NCBI GenBank assembly: GCA_053919585.1
Contig: CM132819.1
Reading direction: 5' to 3' (one strand)
Length of the DNA stretch: 64,000 nt
DNA from: Euprymna scolopes
Lineage: Eukaryota
Shown here: positions 1 to 12,500 of the stretch, piece by piece
Layout of the letters: every line of letters begins with the position of its first letter
Numbering within the stretch: the stretch's first letter is position 1
Program-made: the position numbers and the translations under genes
The notes under the pieces: model-generated
Told to the model about the DNA's origin: nothing
Databases searched by the model: none
The model's input: the letters and a program-made list of their open reading frames with translations, nothing else

Positions 1-383
1 TATATATATATATATATATATATATAATGATATTTTAATACCAGACATGTTTGCGAAACATACGCTATGGTTACTATTCGTAAAATAAATACTTTTTTTC
101 TGAGACCAGCCTCCTTCTATTCATCTATTTATTTCATTTCATTTAATTTCTTCTTTTTTGCATCTTCTTGTCTCTTTTCGATTCTTACTTTTTCTTCTGT
201 GTTCAATAGCTTACATTTCATTAGTCTGTGCGTATGCACTTCTTTCTCCTTTATATAGGTATTTTTTCGCGCACCTCTACGTTTTTTCCTTTTTAATCCT
301 TTATTATTGTTGTGAAATATTTGTCACACTTCTCCGTTTATTTATTTCACTTTCTTCCCCGTATAAACTCACATTACGTTATC

Positions 384-518
384 TTCTGTCCCTTCTCCTC
401 CTCTTCTTCTTCTTCATCATCGTTGTCGTCTTATTATCCGTCGACTTCTTCTTCTTCTTCATCCTTTTTCTTCTTCGCCGTTGGCTCTTCTTTCTCCATC
501 GTCGTCATCATCTTCTTC
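384..518. repeat. Degenerate (CTT/CAT/CGT)n trinucleotide tract running into an N-gap
   Basis: Directly visible. Confidence 0.85.
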
Positions 519-1283
519 NNNNNNNNNNNNNNNNNNNNNNNNNNNNNNNNNNNNNNNNNNNNNNNNNNNNNNNNNNNNNNNNNNNNNNNNNNNNNNNNNN
601 NNNNNNNNNNNNNNNNNNNNNNNNNNNNNNNNNNNNNNNNNNNNNNNNNNNNNNNNNNNNNNNNNNNNNNNNNNNNNTTGTGACTGCTTGTATTTCCAAC
701 AATGTAATCTATCTAAGTACTAACCAAACCAAGTTTGGTTTATCTTGGTGATTCAACAATAAATTGTGTTTCAATGCGATTAATTCCAGATATTAACGAT
801 TAATGTCATATAAAATTGCGTGGAAATATACTGAGATAAAACACATTAAATAACAAGATTGGTCAAATTGGTATAAGCTTACACATTTGAGTTCGATTTC
901 AATTGTACTACATGGCAACACAAGAAATCGATTCAAATCTGGAGAACTCTCACCAGTGTAAACATTTAAGGAATCATTACAGTGAAACCTGGCATCCACT
1001 ATCCAGACGTAGATACTTGAACGTAGTATTGACATTGGAAAGAAATACAAACATTAATAAATGAACTCGTAAAGAGCATGTAAGTTACTGCACTCAATCC
1101 TCGGTTTAATGACTGGGTCATAAAACCATGAATGTTCTATTGAGATTAGAAAGCATATATAAAAAAGTGAATAAATTAATAAGACAATATATGAGGTATT
1201 CAGTCTGGCCTGCGGCCAGTGTGGACACGTATAAATTAAAATATGAATTGAGATGGAATAAAAAAAAATTAATAGTCACATTA

Positions 1284-1488
1284 AATTCCGTCTCTGTTCC
1301 GTCTGCATGCTTCCCACCTGACTACAACTTGGATGTCTTCAAGTCCAACGTAAACAAATTCCTAATGAACCGCCCCTTAAGTAAACACTTCATTAAATCT
1401 CCACACTAACGTATTGTACTTGCAATAACCCTTATCCCTGAGTGGCTTCCGAGCCTTGATAAGTGGTGACCACCGTGTAAACAAAAAA
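1284..1488 (+). mobile_element. LINE 3' fragment (ORF2 C-terminus, 3' UTR, A-rich tail)
   Basis: Encodes NS..PSACFPPDYNLDVFKSNVNKFL. The 3' UTR CCCTTATCCCTGAGTGGCTTCCGAGCCTTGATAAGTGG is shared with six other copies in the window. Confidence 0.85.
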
Positions 1489-2131
1489 ATTATATATACA
1501 TGTAAAGATTGAAACTATTAGGATGAACTAATTTACTAAATAGTTAGAAATGCGATTTAATTTAAGTGTAATTTTTAAAATAATTACATTCTAAACTTGG
1601 TGGAGATTTTGTCTGTTTTCCATCGATCAGGAAAGATATTTTTCACATTTCAAAAAATTTATCTACACGCTTTAGTTAAGTGTGTACGAATAATGGAATA
1701 TTTGCCAGTTGGTTCGCCTTGACGTCATCCTGGCAACATAGCTTCTGAATTGAACCATCAAAACCTTCCTTGTCAGGATAAGTTATTGTTCGGCTCGGTT
1801 CTCTAAGGTGGACATTCCCAGGCATTATCATATCGTATGGAATAAGGTTGCTCATTGTAAAATTGTGTAAAAATTGCTACCTGCCTCTTAAGAAAACAGG
1901 GTGCGACTGCACTATTATAGCACAATTTGAATTTTTTAATATTGAAATTCAAGGCAACATAATGAACCCTACTCAATTCTAATGTTACAGTAATGAATAC
2001 ACCCAACATCTACAAAAAAAGGTTAAGGTAGAAGAACCTTATTAAAAAAACATTTTTGGACGAAAATTAACAAAAATAACATGTTTGGCTAAAAAAACCC
2101 TAAAAAGTTCTAAGGAAAGGTAATTAGCTTG

Positions 2132-2544
2132 TAACAATCATAAATTCTATATTAGCAATCATAAATTCTATGTTAACAATCATAAATTGTATGTTAATAA
2201 TCATAAATTCTATGTTAACAATCATAAATTCTATGTTATCAATCATAAATTCTATGTTAACAATCATAAATTCTATGTTAACAATCATAAATTTATGTTA
2301 ACAATCATAAATTCTATGTTAACAATCATAAATTGTATGTTAATAATCATAAATTGAATGTTAACAATCATAAATTGTATGTTAACAATCATAGAGTCTA
2401 TGTTAACAATCATAAATTGTATGTTAGCAATCATAAATTGTATGTTAATAATCATAAGTTCTATGTTAACAATCATAAATTGTATGTTAACAATCATAAA
2501 TTCTATGTTAACAATCATAAATTCTATGTTAACAATCATAAATT
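2132..2544. repeat. 21-bp minisatellite (TAACAATCATAAATTCTATGT)n, about 20 copies
   Basis: Directly visible. It produces the periodic ORFs at 2285-2675. Confidence 0.97.
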
Positions 2545-2654
2545 TCCTGTTTTCTTGCATAATCAAGTTACTTCCCTTGTTATTATATCACGTATATCCA
2601 AAGAAATATGGCGAGGGTTTTTTTACGATAAAGATCGATAGCTCGTGGTTTTCT

Positions 2655-2770
2655 TGTACGGCACAATCACGTTGACACACCGGTTCTCGACAGATTACCG
2701 AAGTTAAGCAACGCTGAGCCTGGCCAGTACCAGACAGGTCATTATTCGGGAAGACTAGGTGCTGTATGTA
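2655..2770 (+). pseudogene. Diverged 5S rRNA copy (SINE head or pseudogene)
   Basis: TACGGC..ATCACGTTGA.ACACCGGTTCTCG.CAGATTACCGAAGTTAAGCAACG...GCCTGGCCAGTAC...GGGAAGACTAGGTGCTGTA is collinear with invertebrate 5S rRNA over about 116 nt. The box C region is degenerate and no oligo-T terminator follows directly. Confidence 0.9.
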
Positions 2771-2913
2771 CCTTCTGGGAATGTTCGGTTTGGGGCTAGC
2801 ATCCTTACCCCGAACAAAGAAATCCTTGCTACAAAAGCATCTACAAAGTTGTACATGGCCTATGCCCCTCCAGGGGTTCAAGGCCATGTTTTTCTTCTTT
2901 TTTTGTTGTTGTT
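2655..2913 (+). mobile_element. 5S rRNA-derived SINE (SINE3-type) with RTE-like body and tail
   Basis: The head resembles 5S rRNA. It is followed by GGGGCTAGCATCCTTACCCCGAACAAA (like the RTE 5' UTR motif), GGCCTATGCCCCTCCAGGGGTTCAAGGCC (like an RTE 3' end) and a T/TTC/TTG simple-repeat tail. The RTE assignment is from recollection of consensus motifs. Confidence 0.65.
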
Positions 2914-3386
2914 GTATGAAATGAGATTCAGTAATATTTAAGTACTTCTGACGTGCCAATTAAGCAGATGTCGTTTCTTTTAGTTGAAACTGACACAAAA
3001 AGTCAGTAAAAACCATTGTTTTTTGTTTTTAAATCGATTTTTTTCTTTTTTCCGAATTTCGCTATTATAGTGAAATTGCACCGAAAACAGTCAATCTGCG
3101 AGCATAAAATAGCCGAGATTTCCCTTGACATCTGACTTTGTTGAAATGAGATACTTTGGTTCAATGCTAGAAAGCATTACCACTTCTTTCCTGAAGTCGT
3201 TATTAGCGATCACATGATAAACTCCTACCAGGAATGATACGTAATCATATAATATATAGTTATAAAAAAACTATTATAGGGATAATTAGATATTCACTAA
3301 TTATAATACCTAAAAAAATGTACCACTGGTTCAACACTTGCTAAAGCCAAAAGTCGGTCGAGGATAAGTGTTATTGAGATTAACAA

Positions 3387-3984
3387 TTTTTTTTTGTTTT
3401 TACATTGGCGTCACCACGACTTATCAAGGCCGAGAAACCACACAAGGACAAGGGTTAAAGAGTGTACAGTAGTCAAACGGATAATATAGTAATCGATAGT
3501 AATGGAAGTTTGGTAAATTTGTTAACTTAAGTGTAACGGCTCATCAGAAACTTGTTTACGTTGGACTTGAAGACAACCATATTATAGAGAGCTGGAAAGC
3601 AGGAAAACGAAAGACAATTCCACAGGCGTGCAGTTCTAAGAAAGAAGCTTTGTTCATGGAATCTACGTTTAGGTTTAGGCTAAAGATAAAGAGTGGGGGG
3701 GATTATTGATAGTGTTTTCAGCTAGACAAATGTTTCTTATGAAAATTTGGCGAGAGGGTACCATAGATTGAAGCTCAGTCGAACAATTTCCATGAAAATA
3801 ACGATACAGCAGAGACAAACTCGCAACATCTCTTCTGTGAGATAGAGGTTGCAGTGAAGAGAAAAGGACATCTCCCACGAGACCACGAAGTCTATTTTGA
3901 ACCCTAGCAAGGCATGACAAGTCCTTGCTAGCAGCTCCTGCCCAAATGTGGCAACAGTATTCCATCCTGGGACGTACCTGGCTC
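3387..3984 (-). mobile_element. LINE 3' fragment (CR1/L2-group-like ORF2 C-terminus)
   Basis: ORF 3675-3965 reads MEYCCHIWAGA...LQPLSHRRDVASLSLLYRYFHG, a typical post-RT C-terminal region of non-LTR ORF2. It is frameshifted near 3675 and ends in the shared 3' UTR and poly-A. Confidence 0.9.
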
Positions 3985-4420
3985 TTAATTATTCATTCAT
4001 TCATTGTGTATGAATCAGATGATTTTATTATTACCAGACCAGGTGAAGGTTTCCAATATCCTGTGAAAGTGTTTCCGTGGAATGAACTGCCAGTCCGTGT
4101 AGTTAACTAATTAATTACTCTCATCTTCCTTTAATTGGATGATGGGGTAGTACTGTCACAAGATTGAGATCTATGCTATATTCACAGGACGACAGGACAA
4201 GTATTGCGAAACCACTATGTTGTAGAAGAACTATTTGTCAATTCATTATAACATGATCTTTTTTTAACTTTAAAGAAGATAGACAACTTAAATTGATTCT
4301 AAATAAATGTCGCCGAAGATTTATTGAATCAGCATTCATTATAAACTCTGGCACAATTAAACAACGTAAATTTTCTAAAATTCATCTCGTTTAATTAACA
4401 AACTAATTCCGAGGTTTAGC

Positions 4421-4827
4421 GTTATTTTCATGGCAAGTGCTCGTCTGAGCTCCAATCTATGCCCCACTCGCCAAACGTTGACGAGAAACACTTGTCTAGC
4501 TGAAACCACAATCAATAATTTCACCCACTCTTTATCTGTGCCTAAACCTAAACGTAGATTCCATGAACAAAGCTTCTTTCTTAGAACTGCACGCCTGTGG
4601 AACTCTCTTTCGTTTGCCTGCTTTCTTAGCTGACTACAATATGGTCGTCTTCAAGTCCAACGTAAACAAGTTCTTGATAATCCGCTCCCCTTAAGTAATC
4701 CAATTTACCGAACTTCCACTACTAACGATTACTACGATATTGTCCCTTTGACTACTGTACACTCTTTAACACTTATCCTCGAGTGGCTTCTGAGCCTTGA
4801 TAAGTAGCGATGCCTATGTAAAAAAAT
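4421..4827 (+). mobile_element. LINE 3' fragment, same family
   Basis: Encodes KPKRRFHEQSFFLRTARLWNSL and is reverse-complement similar to 3387-3800. Ends in an A-tail. Confidence 0.9.
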
Positions 4828-5500
4828 ATATATATATTAATCGATCAGATCGCTAAATCTACTATAGAATGAAGCAGGAGCAGCGTTGAAGGATAGTGTG
4901 TAAATTACGTGACTAAACGGATGCTTTGTTAATGGCAGCAGCAGTATAATAAAAGAAAAATGAGAGGATTGTATAAATAAATGACATAAATAAAAAAGAT
5001 AAGCAATATTGATAATTACAACTCAATTATGGAAATGACAATATAAGGGTTTAGGCTGGAATGCACGGGAGTTTTTATTCATTACACGAGAGCGTCGAGT
5101 GGTCCTCCAAATTGTCTCTGAAGCTAAAAGCTCTAGTCGTTAACGAAAGAGAAAAATGTTTGTAAGGGTCGATTATCAAAAAACAAATTAGGGTTTCCCA
5201 ATTTAAATTCATGAAGGTTTGAAATGGAAAAAACTATTGATCCATTTAAGAGCAAATACGTTCTCTTTGTGTGTACTTTTAGAATAGGAAAATTGGTTCG
5301 AAAATAAGAGATTAGACAGCAAGGATACATTTGTAGATTCTACTTTTTCGGCGCTTACGTGTAAACACCCAGAAAAACTTGGCAGAAAGACGAAAACAAA
5401 AACAAAATAAAAGCAAACCAATTTAGAATTTCGAGTGGGGAATTTGTTTTATATATAATTTGATGGAAAGTTAATCTCGATTTCCAAGACATTCAGGCCA

Positions 5501-6113
5501 TTTTTTTTTAAGAGAAGATAACTATTATTTTTTTAGAGAAGATAATATATTTTTTTTAGAGAAGATAACTACTTTTTTTTTTAGAGAAGATAACTATTTT
5601 TATTTTTTTTAGAGAAGATAACTATTTGTTTTAGAGAAGATAACTATTTTTTTAGGGAAGATAACTATTTTTTTTTAGAAAAGATAACTATTTTTTTTAG
5701 AAAAGATAACTATTTTTTAGAGAAGATAACTATTTATTTTTAGGGAAGATAACTATTTTTTTGGAGAAGATAACTATTTTTTTTTAGAAAAGATAACTAT
5801 TTTTTTAGAGAGAAGATAACTATTTTTATTTTTTTAGAGAAGATAACTATTTTTTTAGAGAAGATAACTATTTTTTTTTAGAGAAGATAATTATTTTTTT
5901 ATTAGAGAGAAGATAACTATTTTTATTTTTTTAGAGAAGATAACTATTTTTTTTTTAGAGAAGATAACTTTTTTTTAGGGAAGATAACTATTCTTTTAAG
6001 AAAAGATAACTATTTTTCTAGAGAAGATCACTATTTTTTTTAGAGAAGATAACTATTTTTTAGAGAGAAGATAACTATTTTTTTTTCTTAGAGAAGATAA
6101 ATATTTTTTTTTT
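5501..6113. repeat. Variable-length minisatellite AGAGAAGATAACTA(T)n, unit about 20-27 bp
   Basis: Constant core GAGAAGATAACTA separated by T-runs of varying length. Confidence 0.95.
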
Positions 6114-6519
6114 ACCTTTAGCTCTAAATCTGAATTGTCAAGTCCTAAAACCATATCCGGGTGTATAAAATATACTCCCTGCAACAAAACTGAACGCCCA
6201 TTAAAAGAAAATCGGTTAACTGCCCTAAAATTACAGCATGGAGAATCAATTTATATTAATATATTTTTATACGGCTTTGCTAAATAAATTTAAAAAATAA
6301 TAATTGCTTTATTAGTCGCCAAGTTTTTCAGGGTTTTCACACGTAATCGCTTAAAAAATAGAATCTCATTTCATACATTTGGTAAGGTATGGCTGTATCT
6401 GAGAGTTTACATTAATTTATATCTATATGATAATATGGTTGCAATAATATGCTAAGACTATTTCGTGTTCCTCTTTGTGTTATCAATGTTATGCTTTAAC
6501 TATTGCATCCCTCATCGAT

Positions 6520-9500
6520 GAAGATGCCATACATAAAACTAATTTATAGAAGATGCCATACATAAAACTAATTTATAGAAGATGCCATACATAAAACTAA
6601 TTTATAGAAGATGCCATACATAAAACTAATTTATAGAAGATGTCATACATAAAACTAATTTATAGAAGATGCCATACATAAAACTAATTTATAGAAGATG
6701 CCATACATAAAACTAATTTATAGAAGATGGCATACATAAAACTAATTTATAGAAGATGGCATACATAAAACTAATTTATAGAAGATGTCATACATAAAAC
6801 TAATTTATAGAAGATGCCATACATAAAACTAATTTATAGAAGATGTCATACATAAAACTAATTTATAGAAGATGTCATACATAAAACTAATTTATAGAAG
6901 ATGCCATACATTAAACTAATTTATAGAAGATTCCATACATAAAACTAATTTATAGAAGATGCCATACATAAAACTAATTTATAGAAGATGCCATACATAA
7001 AACTAATTTATAGAAGATGGCATACATAAAACTAATTTATAGAAGATGTCATACATAAAACTAATTTATAGAAGATGGCATACATAAAACTAATTTATAG
7101 AAGATGCCATACATTACACTAATTTATAGAAGATTCCATACAAAAAACTTATTTATAGAAGATGCCATACATAAAACTAACTTATAGAAGATGCCATACA
7201 TAAAACTAATTTATAGAAGATGTCATACATAAAACTAACTTATAGAAGATGCCATACATAAAACTAATTCATAGAAGATGCCATACATTAAACTAATTTA
7301 TAGAAGATTCCATACATAAAACTTATTTATAGAAGATGCCATACATAAAACTAATTTATAGAAGATGCCATACATTAAACTAATTTATAGAAGATGGCAT
7401 ACATAAAACTAATTTATAGAAGATGTCATACATAAAACTAATTTATAGAAGATGGCATACATAAAACTAATTTATAGAAGATGTCATACATAAAACTAAT
7501 TTATAGAAGATGCCATACATAAAACTAATTTATAGAAGATGCCATACATTACACTAATTTATAGAAGATTCCATACATAAAACTTATTTATAGAAGATGC
7601 CATACATAAAACTAACTTATAGAAGATGTCATACATAAAACTAATTTATAGAAGATGTCATACATAAAACTAACTTATAGAAGATGCCATACATAAAACT
7701 AATTTATAGAAGATGCCATACATTAAACTAATTTATAGAAGATTCCATAAATAAAACTTATTTATAGAAGATGCCATACATAAAACTAATTTATAGAAGA
7801 TGCCATACATTAAACTAATTTATAGAAGATGGCATACATAAAACTAATTTATAGAAGATGTCATACATAAAACTAATTTATAGAAGATGCCATACATTAA
7901 ATTAATTTATAGAAGATGGCATACATAAAACTAATTTATAGAAGATGCCATACGTTAAACTAATTTATAGAAGATGTCATACATAAAACTAATTTATAGA
8001 AGATGCCATACATTAAATTAATTTATAGAAGATGGCATACATAAAACTAATTTATAGAAGATGCCATACATAAAACTAATTTATAGAAGATGCCATATGT
8101 TAAACTAATTTATAGAAGATGTCATACATAAAACTAATTTATAGAAGATGCCATACATTAAATTAATTTATAGAAGATGGCATACATAAAACTAATTTAT
8201 AGAAGATGCCATACATAAAGCTAATTTATAGAAGATGCCATACGTTAAACTAATTTATAGAAGATGTCATACATAAAACTAATTTATAGAAGATGCCATA
8301 CATTAAATTAATTTATAGAAGATGCTATACATAAAACTAATTTATAGAAGATTCCATACATAAAACTAATTTATAGAAGATGCCATACGTTAAACTAATT
8401 TATAGAAGATGTCATACATAAAACTAATTTATAGAAGATGCCATACATTAAATTAATTTATAGAAGATGGCATACATAAAACTAATTTATAGAAGATGCC
8501 ATACATAAAACTAATTTATAGAAGATGCCATACATAAAACTAATTTATAGAAGATGGCATACATAAAACTAATTTATAGAAGATGGCATACATAAAACTA
8601 ATTTATAGAAGATGTAATACATAAAACTAATTTATAGAAGATGCCATACATAAAACTAATTTATAGAAGATGCCATACATAAAACTAATTTATAGAAGAT
8701 GTCATACATAAAACTAACTTATAGAAGATGCCATACATAAAACTAATTTATAGAAGATGCCATACATTAAACTAATTTATAGAAGATTCCATACATAAAA
8801 CTTATTTATAGAAGATGCCATACATAAAACTAATTTATAGAAGATGCCATACATTAAACTAATTTATAGAAGATGGCATACATAAAACTAATTTATAGAA
8901 GATGTCATACATAAAACTAATTTATAGAAGATGCCATACATAAAACTAATTTATAGAAGATGCCATACGTTAAACTAATTTATAGAAGATGTCATACATA
9001 AAACTAATTTATAGAAGATGCCATACATTAAATTAATTTATAGAAGATTGCATACATAAAACTAATTTATAGAAGATGCCATACATAAAACTAATTTATA
9101 GAAGATGCCATACATAAAACTAATTTATAGAAGATGGCATACATAAAACTAATTTATAGAAGATGCCATACATTAAACTAATTTATAGAAGATGTCATAT
9201 ATTAAAACTAATTTATAGAAGATGGCATACATAAAACTAATTTATAGAAGATGCCGTACATAAAACTAATTTATAGAAGATGGCATACATAAAACTAATT
9301 TATAGAAGATGCCATACATAAAACTAATTTATAGAAGATGTCATACATAAAACTAATTTATAGAAGATGCCATACATAAAACTAATTTATAGAAGATGCC
9401 ATACATAAAACTAATTTATAGAAGATGTCATACATAAAACTAACTTATAGAAGATGCCATACATAAAACTAATTTATAGAAGATGCCATACATTAAACTA

Positions 9501-12500
9501 ATTTATAGAAAATTCCATACATAAACTTATTTATAGAAGATGCCATACATAAAACTAATTTATAGAAGATGCCATACATTAAACTAATTTATAGAAGATG
9601 CCATACATAAAACTAACTTATAGAAGATGCCATACATAAAACTAATTTATAGAAGATGCCATACATTAAACTAATTTATAGAAGATGCCATACATAAAAC
9701 TAATTTATAGAAGATGCCATACATAAAACTAATTTATAGAAGATGCCATACATTAAACTAATTTATAGAAGATGCCATACATAAAACTAATTTATAGAAG
9801 ATGCCATACATTAAACTAATTTATAGAAGATGCCATACATAAAACTAATTTATAGAAGATGCCATAAATAAAACTAATTTATAGAAGATGCCATACATCA
9901 AACTAATTTATAGAAGATGCCATACATAAAACTAATTTATAGAAGATGCCATACATAAAACTAATTTATAGAAGATGCCATACATAAAACTAATTTATAG
10001 AAGATGCCATACATAAAACTAATTTATAGAAGATGCCATACATAAAACTAATTTATAGAAGATGCCATACATTAAACTAATTTACAGAAGATGCCATACA
10101 TAAAACTAATTTATAGAAGATGCCATACATAAAACTAATTTATAGAAGATGCCATACATAAAACTAATTTATAGAAGATGTCATACATAAAACTAATTTA
10201 TAGAAGATGCCATACATAAAACTAATTTATAGAAGATGCAATCCATAAAACTAATTAATAGAAGGTGTCAGACATAAAACTAATTAATAGAAGATGCCAT
10301 ACATAAAACTAATTTATAGAAGATGTCATACATTAAACTAATTTATAGAAGATGCCATACATAAAACTAATTTATAGAAGATGCCATACATTAAACTAAT
10401 TTATAGAAGATGGCATACATAAAACTAATTTATAGAAGATGTCATACATAAAACTAATTTATAGAAGATGGCATACATAAAACTAATTTATAGAAGATGC
10501 CATACGTTAAACTAATTTATAGAAGATGTCATACATAAAACTAATTTATAGAAGATGCCATACATTAAATTAATTTATAGAAGATTGCATACATAAAACT
10601 AATTTATAGAAGATGCCATACATAAAACTAATTTATAGAAGATGCCATACATAAAAATAATTTATAGAAGATGGCATACATAAAACTAATTTATAGAAGA
10701 TGCCATACATTAAACTAATTTATAGAAGATGTCATATATAAAACTAATTTATAGAAGATGGCATACATAAAACTAATTTATAGAAGATGCCGTACATAAA
10801 ACTAATTTATAGAAGATGGCATACATAAAACTAATTTATAGAAGATGCCATACATAAAACTAATTTATAGAAGATGTCATACATAAAACTAATTTATAGA
10901 AGATGCCATACATAAAACTAATTTATAGAAGATGCCATACATAAAACTAATTTATAGAAGATGTCATACATAAAACTAACTTATAGAAGATGCCATACAT
11001 AAAACTAATTTATAGAAGATGCCATACATTAAACTAATTTATAGAAAATTCCATACATAAACTTATTTATAGAAGATGCCATACATAAAACTAATTTATA
11101 GAAGATGCCATACATTAAACTAATTTATAGAAGATGCCATACATAAATATAATTTATAGAAGATGCCATACATAAAACTAATTTATAGAAGATGCCATAC
11201 ATTAAACTAATTTATAGAAGATGCCATACATAAAACTAATTTATAGAAGATGCCATACATTAAACTAATTTATAGAAGATGCCATACACAAAACTAATTT
11301 ATAGAAGATGCCATACATAAAACTAATTTATAGAAGATGCCATACATAAAACTAATTTATAGAAGATGCCATACATTAACCTAATTTATAGAAGATGCCA
11401 TACATAAAACTAATTTATAGAAGATGCCATACATAAAACTAATTTATAGAAGATGCCATACATAAAACTAATTTATAGAAGATGCCATACATAAAACTAA
11501 TTTATAGAAGATGCCATACATAAAACTAATTTATAGAAGATGCCATACATAAAACTAATTTATAGAAGATGCCATACATAAAACTAATTTATAGAAGATG
11601 CCATACATAAAACAAATTTATAGAAGATGCCATACATTAAACTAATTTATAGAAGATGCCATACATAAAACTAATTTATAGAAGATGCCATACATAAAAC
11701 TAATTTATAGAAGATGCCATACATAAAACTAATTTATAGAAGATGGCATACATAAAACTAATTTATAGAAGATGCCATACATAAAACTAATTTATAGAAG
11801 ATGCCATACATAAAACTAATTTATAGAAGATGCCATACATAAAACTAATTTATAGAAGATGTCATACATAAAACTAATTTATAGAAGATGCCATACATAA
11901 AACTAATTTATAGAAGATGCCATACATAAAACTAATTAATAGAAGATGTCATACATAAAACTAATTAATAGAAGATGCCATACATAAAACTAATTTATAG
12001 AAAATGTCATACATTAAACTAATTTATAGAAGATGGCATACATAAAACTAATTCATAGAAGATGCCATACATAAAACTAATTTATAGAAGATGCCATACA
12101 TAAAACTAATTTATAGAAGATGCCATACATAAAACTAATTTATAGAAGATGCCATACATAAAACTAATTTAAAGAAGATGCCATACATAAAACTAATTTA
12201 TAGAAGATGTCATACATAAAACTAATTTATAGAAGATGCCATACATTACACTAATTTATAGAAGATGTCATACATAAAACTAATTTATAGAAGATGCCAT
12301 ACATAAAACTAATTTATAGAAGATGCCATACATAAAACTAATTTATAGAAGATGGCATACATAAAACTAATTTATAGAAGATGCCATACATTAAACTAAT
12401 TTATAGAAGATGCCATACATAAAACTAATTTATAGAAGATGCCATACATTAAACTAATTTATAGAAGATGCCATGCATTAAACTAATTTATAGAAGATGC

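Noticed and set aside
67-751. Hydrophobic or Ser-rich ORFs
   Set aside because: Low-complexity T/C-rich DNA and N-runs. The same applies to 50985-51176, 54355-54621 and all YIYI, poly-I/L and X-containing ORFs.
2285-2675. ORFs with periodic MIVNIEF / YVNNHKL peptides
   Set aside because: They are translations of the 21-bp minisatellite, open in several frames on both strands.
2655-2770. Functional 5S rRNA gene
   Set aside because: Single copy, degenerate 3' internal promoter region, and no immediate oligo-T terminator.
6520-6548. Satellite monomer as a decayed hammerhead (GAAGA-TG..CA-TAAAAC)
   Set aside because: It lacks the CT of CTGANGA and the G of GAAA in essentially all copies, and no stem I or III forms.
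6449-6550. Signal-peptide-like reading frame running into the satellite
   Set aside because: All three frames stop within about 30 codons and no consistent start or splice site was found.
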